The notes beneath the pieces are model-generated. The model was given only the letters and a program-made list of their open reading frames with translations, was not told the origin of the DNA and did not search any database. From NCBI GenBank assembly GCA_963775425.1, contig CAVZJB010000017.1:192001-256000 (forward strand): a DNA stretch of 64,000 bases, given 5' to 3'. The stretch comes from an uncultured delta proteobacterium. GTDB taxonomy: Bacteria > Myxococcota > UBA727 > VGSZ01. Below are positions 58,021 through 64,000 of this stretch, in pieces. The position numbers and the translations under genes were made by a program. Each line of letters opens with the position of its first letter. Position 1 is the stretch's first letter.

Positions 58021-61000
58021 ATGCGCGCCGTCGTCGCCGTCAGCTTTCTGTCGCTCGCTCAGGCCGCGCACGCCGACGCCCCCCCGCCCCGCAGCGCGGC
58101 GTCGGGCGCGAACCTCTACCTCGGCGGCAAGCTCATCGAGCTCGGCATCGCGCAAGACGGCGCCTTCGGTCCGTCGGGCGCCAGGCCGGCGGGGTTCTTC
58201 GGCACGCCGGGCGACGCGGGGATCGGCATGAGCACCGACCACGACGGCTTCGGCGTGGGCGTGGACATGCCGGTCGACTACTTCCTGCCGGGCAGCCCGG
58301 AGGAGCGCTGGGCCGTGGGCTTCACCGAGCCCGACGGCAGCAAGGTCCGCGCGAGCGGGGCGGCGCGCTCGGCGTCCACGGGGAGCTTCACGCCCGTGAG
58401 CCTCGTCGACGAGTCGAGCGGCGAGCGGCTCCAGGCCCGCGTGGTGCTCAACGTCAACGACGACGCCGGCGCCGCCGCCCTCCGCTTGAGCATGATCTAC
58501 TCGTTCCGCGACGGGGACCCGGCGTTCGAGACCAAGGTCATCGTCCAGAACGTCTCGTCCACCACCATGGACCACGTGCGCTTCATGCGCTCGTTCGACC
58601 CCGACAACACCGTCTACCAGGGCGGCGCCTTCGCCACCGCCAACGAGATCCTCCGGACGTTCCGCGACGGCGACCCGCTGGAGATCGTGCGCGCCCAGAC
58701 CGACGACGACACGGACCCGCTGTTCGTGGCCCTGGGGACGCGGGCGCCGATCTTCTACATGTCCTCGGACGCGCGGGCGCGGGCGTCGCACTTCGGCTTC
58801 AGCAACACGGACGTCTACGCCGCCGCGGCGTATGACTCGCCGCCGACCAAGAACGTCGTCACGGTGCGCGACGAAGGCCTGGCCATCGACATCGACCTCG
58901 GCACGCTGCTGCCGGGGGCGCAGGCGAGCACCAGGTACCTCCTGAGCCTCGACGGCCGCAGCGTGGACGACGTGGTCGCCGACTTCTCCGACGCCGACGG
59001 CGACCACCTGCTCAAGCGCGACGAGGAGCTCCTCGGCACCGATCCCGATGACGCCGACAGCGACCACGACGGGGTCGCCGACGGCGACGAGGACACAGAC
59101 GGCGACGGCCTCACCGATCTCGAGGAGCTCGAGGGCACGTCGGATCCGCTCGACAGCGACAGCGACGGCAACGGCATCTTCGACGGCGACGAGGACGTCG
59201 ACGGCGACGGCCTCACCGCGCTCGAGGAGGCCGCGCTCGGGACGGACCCGAGCTCGCCCGACACCGACTCCGACGGCATCGTCGACGGCGACGAGGACGC
59301 CGACGGCGACGGCCTCACCAACCTCATGGAGCTCGCCCTCCTCCGCACCGACCCCACGAACGCAGACACCGACGGCGACGGCGTCGCGGACGGCGACGAG
59401 GACGCCGACGGCGACGACCTGACGAACACCGAAGAGGCCCGCGTCCTCGGCACCGACCCCACGAACGCCGACACCGACGGCGACGGCGTCGCGGACGGCG
59501 ACGAGGACGCCGACCACGACGGCCTGGCGAACGTCATCGAGATAGAGGTCACCGGAACGAGCCCGGTCGAGCGCGACACCGACGGCGACGGCTTGTCGGA
59601 CGGCGACGAGGCGGGCAGCGACGGCGACGGCGGCATCGGCACCGACCCGCTCGCCACAGACAGCGACGGCGACGGCGTCCCGGACGGCGACGAGGACGCG
59701 GACGGCGACGGCCTCAGCAACCTCGTGGAGATCACACAGACCGGCACGAGCCCCGTCGACAGCGACAGCGACGGCGACGGCCTCTCGGACGGCGACGAGG
59801 CGGGCCCCGGCGGCACCGGCACCGACCCGCTCTCGAGCGACAGCGACGGCGACGGCCTGTCCGACGGCGCCGAGGCCGCGATGCGCGACGACCTCGACGG
59901 CACGGGCACCAATCCGATGAGCCCCGACAGCGACGGTGACGGCGTGGCCGACGGCGATGAGGATCCCGACGCCGACGGCCTGTCGAACCTCGTCGAGGTG
60001 AACGAGACTCACACGAGCCCGGTGCTCGCCGACAGCGACGGCGACGGCCTCAAAGACGGCGACGAGGCGGGCCCCGGCGGCACCGGCACCGACCCGCTCT
60101 CCGCCGACACCGACGGCGACGGCGTCTCTGACGGCGACGAGCTCGGCCGCGCCGGCTGTCCCGGCACGCACACCGACCCGCTCTCGGCGGACACCGACGG
60201 CGACGGCGTCTCTGACGCGCTCGAGGACGACGACGGCGACGGCCTGCTCGCGCTCGAGGAGGTGGCCCTCTGCACGGACCCCGAAGACGCCGACACCGAC
60301 GGCGACGGCCTCACAGACGCCTACGAGCTCATCTACACCGTGACGAGCCCGACGAACGCCGACACGGACGGAGACGGCGTCAGAGACGGCGACGAGGATC
60401 CCGACCACGACGGGTTGGACAACGCCGCCGAGGCCGCCCTCGGCACGGCGCCGCTGGCCGCGGACAGCGACGGCGACGGCGTCTGCGACGGCGACGAGGT
60501 GGGCCACGACAGTCACCCCGGCACCGGCACCAATCCACTGCGCGCCGACACCGACGGAGACGGCGTCAGAGACGCGGACGAGGACGACGACGGCGACGGC
60601 CTCACCACCCGCGCCGAGCTCGCCGCCGGCACCGATCCCGCGCGCGCCGACAGCGACGGCGACGGCCTCAAAGACGGCGACGAGGTGACAGTCGTCGGCA
60701 CCGACCCGCTCGACGGCGACAGCGACGGCGACGGCGTCCCGGACGCCGTCGACGACCAGGACGGCGACGGGCTCGACAACGCGCTCGAGCTCGCGCTCGG
60801 CACGAGCCCGCAGGCGCGCGACAGCGACGACGACGGTGTCGCCGACGGCGACGAGGACAACGACGGCGACGGCCTCACGAACATCGAGGAGGTCGTGCTC
60901 ACGGGCACGAGCCCGCTCCTGCAGGACAGCGACGGCGACGGCGTCGATGACGGCGACGAAGACCGCGACGGCGACGGACTCACCAACCTCCAGGAGCTGC

Positions 61001-62781
61001 GGCGCACCGGCACCAACCCCGCCGTCGTCGACACCGACGACGACGGCGTCCCCGACGACCTCGAAGACCCGGACCATGACGCGCTCGAAAACGGCTTCGA
61101 GATCGCGCTCGGGACGGATCCCCGTGAGGCGGACACCGACCAGGACGGCGTGGACGACGGCGTCGAGGACCCCGACGGTGACGGCCTCACGAACATCGAG
61201 GAGCAGGCGCTCGGCCTCGATCCCCTCTCGGCGGACAGCGACGGCGACGGCATCCCCAATCCGCTCGACGATCAGGACGGCGACGGCCTCGACAACGCGC
61301 TCGAGCTGCGAGCCGGCCTCGACCCGCTCGCCCAGGACAGCGACGGCGACGGCCTCGGCGACCGCTACGATGACGCCGACGGTGACGGCCTCGACAACGC
61401 GCTCGAGCTCGCGCTCGGGACGGACCCGCTCGCGGCCGACAGCGACGGCGACGGCGTCAGAGACGGCGACGAGGACACCGACGGCGACGGCCTGAGCAAC
61501 GCCCTCGAGGTCGCGCTGCGCCTGAACCCGGGCTCCCGGGACACGGACGGCGACGGCGTCAACGACGCCGACGAGGACACCGACGCAGACGGCCTGGAAA
61601 ACGGCGAGGAGCTTCGGCTCGGCCTCGATCCGCGGCGGGCAGACACCGACGGTGACGGCCTCAACGACGGCCACGAAGACACCGACGGCGACGGCCTGAA
61701 CAACGTCCTCGAGGTGCGGCTCGGGCTCGACCCGGCGAGCGCCGTGAGCGGCGCGCAGCCGCACAGCGGCGACGGCGTCCGCGACGGGCAGCGCGACACC
61801 GACGGCGACGGCTTGCCGAACGCCGTGGAGCTCCGCCTCGGCCTCGACCCGGGCGCCGCCGACACCGACGGCGACGGCGTCGATGACGGCGACGAGGACA
61901 AGGACAACGACGGGCTGGCCAACGCGCTCGAGCTCGCGCTCGGGACCGACCCCGGGCGCGCGGACACCGACGGCGACGGCGTCTCGGACGCCGACGAAGA
62001 CAGCGACGGCGACGGCCTCGACAACGCCACCGAGCTCGCCTTCGGGACCGACCCCGGCAACCCGGACACAGACGGCGACGGCGTCGGCGACGGCGAAGAG
62101 GACGACGACGGCGACGGCCTCGATGCGCTCGGCGAGGCGCTGTGTGGAACGGATCCCGCCGTGGCCGACACCGACGGCGACGGCGTGCTCGACGGGGACG
62201 AAGACGCAGACGGCGACGGACTCACCAACGAGCAGGAGATGCGCCTGCACCTCGACCCGCTGCACGTCGACACCGACGGCGACGGCGTGAGCGACGCGCT
62301 CGAGGACACCGACGGCGACGGGGTGTCGAACATCGACGAGCTGCGCGCGCAGACCGGCCCCTCCGCGCCCGACGGGCCCTCTGCCGTCGCCGCTTCCGGC
62401 GCCGGCGCGCCCGAGTCCCTCGCCGGGATCGCCGGCGCCGGCTGCGCGAGCACGGGCACGTCGACGAGCGCGCTGGCCCTCGTGGTCCTCGCGCTCCTCG
62501 CGCTCCCCCGCCGCCGCGCGGGCCGCCGCCGCCCGGAGCGTCGTCACGCCGCCGTGTTCAGCAGGACGTGTCGCGACGGCACCGCGCACCGAAACGTCGC
62601 CTCGAGCACCACGGCGTCGCCGCGGAAGACGTCCACGCGCACGGTGCGCCGCTTCCCCTCGGCCGCGTCCACGCGCGCCTTGGCGACGACGACGTCGCCG
62701 ACGACCACGGGGGCGAGGAAGCGCACGGAGGCGTCGGCCAGGACCACCGTCGGCTCGTTCACCGCCAGCATCGCGGCGTAG
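58021..62781 (+). CDS. Giant surface protein with TSP3-like Ca-binding repeats and MYXO-CTERM-like motif
   Basis: Signal peptide (AHA), roughly 30 DxDGDGL..E..GTDP..DxDGDG units, GCAS..hydrophobic..RRR motif; GGAGG upstream of ATG 58021. Confidence 0.85.
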   Translation: MRAVVAVSFLSLAQAAHADAPPPRSAASGANLYLGGKLIELGIAQDGAFGPSGARPAGFFGTPGDAGIGMSTDHDGFGVGVDMPVDYFLPGSPEERWAVGFTEPDGSKVRASGAARSASTGSFTPVSLVDESSGERLQARVVLNVNDDAGAAALRLSMIYSFRDGDPAFETKVIVQNVSSTTMDHVRFMRSFDPDNTVYQGGAFATANEILRTFRDGDPLEIVRAQTDDDTDPLFVALGTRAPIFYMSSDARARASHFGFSNTDVYAAAAYDSPPTKNVVTVRDEGLAIDIDLGTLLPGAQASTRYLLSLDGRSVDDVVADFSDADGDHLLKRDEELLGTDPDDADSDHDGVADGDEDTDGDGLTDLEELEGTSDPLDSDSDGNGIFDGDEDVDGDGLTALEEAALGTDPSSPDTDSDGIVDGDEDADGDGLTNLMELALLRTDPTNADTDGDGVADGDEDADGDDLTNTEEARVLGTDPTNADTDGDGVADGDEDADHDGLANVIEIEVTGTSPVERDTDGDGLSDGDEAGSDGDGGIGTDPLATDSDGDGVPDGDEDADGDGLSNLVEITQTGTSPVDSDSDGDGLSDGDEAGPGGTGTDPLSSDSDGDGLSDGAEAAMRDDLDGTGTNPMSPDSDGDGVADGDEDPDADGLSNLVEVNETHTSPVLADSDGDGLKDGDEAGPGGTGTDPLSADTDGDGVSDGDELGRAGCPGTHTDPLSADTDGDGVSDALEDDDGDGLLALEEVALCTDPEDADTDGDGLTDAYELIYTVTSPTNADTDGDGVRDGDEDPDHDGLDNAAEAALGTAPLAADSDGDGVCDGDEVGHDSHPGTGTNPLRADTDGDGVRDADEDDDGDGLTTRAELAAGTDPARADSDGDGLKDGDEVTVVGTDPLDGDSDGDGVPDAVDDQDGDGLDNALELALGTSPQARDSDDDGVADGDEDNDGDGLTNIEEVVLTGTSPLLQDSDGDGVDDGDEDRDGDGLTNLQELRRTGTNPAVVDTDDDGVPDDLEDPDHDALENGFEIALGTDPREADTDQDGVDDGVEDPDGDGLTNIEEQALGLDPLSADSDGDGIPNPLDDQDGDGLDNALELRAGLDPLAQDSDGDGLGDRYDDADGDGLDNALELALGTDPLAADSDGDGVRDGDEDTDGDGLSNALEVALRLNPGSRDTDGDGVNDADEDTDADGLENGEELRLGLDPRRADTDGDGLNDGHEDTDGDGLNNVLEVRLGLDPASAVSGAQPHSGDGVRDGQRDTDGDGLPNAVELRLGLDPGAADTDGDGVDDGDEDKDNDGLANALELALGTDPGRADTDGDGVSDADEDSDGDGLDNATELAFGTDPGNPDTDGDGVGDGEEDDDGDGLDALGEALCGTDPAVADTDGDGVLDGDEDADGDGLTNEQEMRLHLDPLHVDTDGDGVSDALEDTDGDGVSNIDELRAQTGPSAPDGPSAVAASGAGAPESLAGIAGAGCASTGTSTSALALVVLALLALPRRRAGRRRPERRHAAVFSRTCRDGTAHRNVASSTTASPRKTSTRTVRRFPSAASTRALATTTSPTTTGARKRTEASARTTVGSFTASIAA
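58990..62345 (+). repeat. Imperfect coding tandem repeat, unit about 105-111 bp
   Basis: Recurrent gac(acc/agc)gacggcgacggc units throughout. Confidence 0.9.
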
Positions 62782-62939
62782 TCCGCGAGCCCGAACAGGA
62801 AGCCGCCGTGTGCCAGACCCAACACGTCTGCGCGCATTCGTTCATCCACGCGCAGCTCGACCTCGGCACGCCCGTCCTCGACGAGGCGCGGTTTGCCGAC
62901 GAGCGCCGCGTCGATCTTGTCGTGGGTTCGGATGTCCAT
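62544..62939 (-). CDS. PaaI/hotdog-fold thioesterase
   Basis: [24 protein letters not shown]. Confidence 0.88.
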   Translation of the reverse strand: MDIRTHDKIDAALVGKPRLVEDGRAEVELRVDERMRADVLGLAHGGFLFGLADYAAMLAVNEPTVVLADASVRFLAPVVVGDVVVAKARVDAAEGKRRTVRVDVFRGDAVVLEATFRCAVPSRHVLLNTAA

Positions 62940-62983
62940 GGGCCTGGTCTACAATGTGCAGTCCCGCGCCACACGGAGGATCC

Positions 62984-63559
62984 ATGCGCGCCTTTCGCCT
63001 CGCTCTGCTCCTCGCTGCCTTCATGAGCGGTTGCGGCTTCAACACCGTCGTCCAGAAAGACGAAGCGGTGAAGGGCGCGTGGTCCGAGGTGGAGAGCCAA
63101 TACCAACGGCGCGCGGACCTCGTCCCCAATCTCGTGCAGACGGTGAAGGGCTCCGCCAACTTCGAGCAGCAGACGCTGAGCGCGGTGGTGCAGGCGCGCG
63201 CCGCGGCCACGTCCATCAAGGTGGACTCGTCCATCATCGACGACCCGGAGCGGCTCAAGAAGTTCGAGGCCGCGCAGAACCAATTGAGCGGCGCGCTCGG
63301 CCGCCTGCTCGCCGTCTCCGAGAACTACCCCGACTTGAAGGCGAGCGCCGCGTTCCGCGACTTGATGGCGCAGCTCGAGGGCACCGAGAACCGCATCGCC
63401 GTCGCCCGCGGCCGCTACATCGCCGCCGTCGCCGACTACAACACCACGGTGCAGACCTTCCCGAGCATGTGTGGCGCCAAGCTCCGCGGGCGCGGCGTGC
63501 GCCCGACGTTCACCGCGACCACCCCCGGCGCCGACAAGGCGCCCGAGGTCAAGTTCTAG
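62984..63559 (+). CDS. lemA: LemA family protein
   Basis: YQRRADLVPNLV, ENYPDLKA, QLEGTENRIAVAR; GGAGG RBS. Confidence 0.95.
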   Translation: MRAFRLALLLAAFMSGCGFNTVVQKDEAVKGAWSEVESQYQRRADLVPNLVQTVKGSANFEQQTLSAVVQARAAATSIKVDSSIIDDPERLKKFEAAQNQLSGALGRLLAVSENYPDLKASAAFRDLMAQLEGTENRIAVARGRYIAAVADYNTTVQTFPSMCGAKLRGRGVRPTFTATTPGADKAPEVKF

Positions 63560-64000
63560 TGGCGCTCGCGCTCCGCCCCGTCGTCGTCGTCGCGGCCGTC
63601 GCCGTCGCGGCCGCGCTCGCCTCTGCGCCGCCCGCGGCCGCCAGGGAGGTGCCGCCGCTCACGCAGCGGGTCACCGACGAGGCCGGCGTGCTCTCCGCCG
63701 CGGAGCGCGCGCAGCTCGACCAGAAGCTCGCGGCATACGAGCAGCAGACCGGCCACCAATTCGCGGTGCTCATCGTCAAGGGCCTCGACGGCGACGTGCT
63801 CGAGCAATTCAGCATCAAGGCCGCGGAGAAGTGGCGCCTCGGCGACGCCAAGCGCGACGACGGCCTGCTGATCGTCGTCGCCATGGCCGAGCACGCCGTG
63901 CGCGTCGAGGTCGGCTACGGGCTCGAGGGCGCCGTCCCCGACGTCACGGCGTCGCGCGTCATCCGCGAGATCATGATCCCGCGCTTCAAGCAAAACGACG
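63559..64000 (+). CDS. TPM domain protein, runs off window
   Basis: RVTDEAGVLS, WRLG..DDGLL, RVEVGYGLEG; GTG overlaps lemA stop. Confidence 0.88.
   Translation, partial: MALALRPVVVVAAVAVAAALASAPPAAAREVPPLTQRVTDEAGVLSAAERAQLDQKLAAYEQQTGHQFAVLIVKGLDGDVLEQFSIKAAEKWRLGDAKRDDGLLIVVAMAEHAVRVEVGYGLEGAVPDVTASRVIREIMIPRFKQND

Noticed and set aside
56734-62589. 1951-aa minus-strand ORF rich in VAVAV
   Set aside because: Antisense of the DGDG repeat protein

Overview
Very GC-rich bacterial DNA, probably Myxococcota or a related deltaproteobacterial lineage. The lineage is inferred from a MYXO-CTERM-like tail, a myxobacterial Cys-rich repeat, an HRDVSPQN kinase and a REC-DnaJ-TPR regulator. About 55 genes are present: the end of an acyl-CoA ligase/NadE-like/acetyltransferase cluster; a helicase-DUF790 deletion remnant; tesB; secreted lipoproteins; a split inositol(-phosphate) catabolic cluster with no iolC/iolJ in the window but with a transaldolase-fold enzyme; a TetR-type I fatty acid synthase-acpS operon with tandem palindromic operators; gltB; amtB-glnK; signalling kinases; and a giant acidic-repeat surface protein. 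The best candidate for an undescribed system is at 10791-13057. A canonical uracil-DNA glycosylase is translationally coupled to a second, altered UDG-like domain (GQNPY, HCNP) fused to an R-S-ExE ADP-ribosyltransferase, which suggests a sensor-effector for uracil or modified DNA, possibly anti-phage. Many genes have a TANNNT hexamer 6-7 nt before the start codon, suggesting leaderless transcripts. No tRNA, rRNA, CRISPR array or transposase was recognised. All assignments come from reading motifs by eye; no searches were run.
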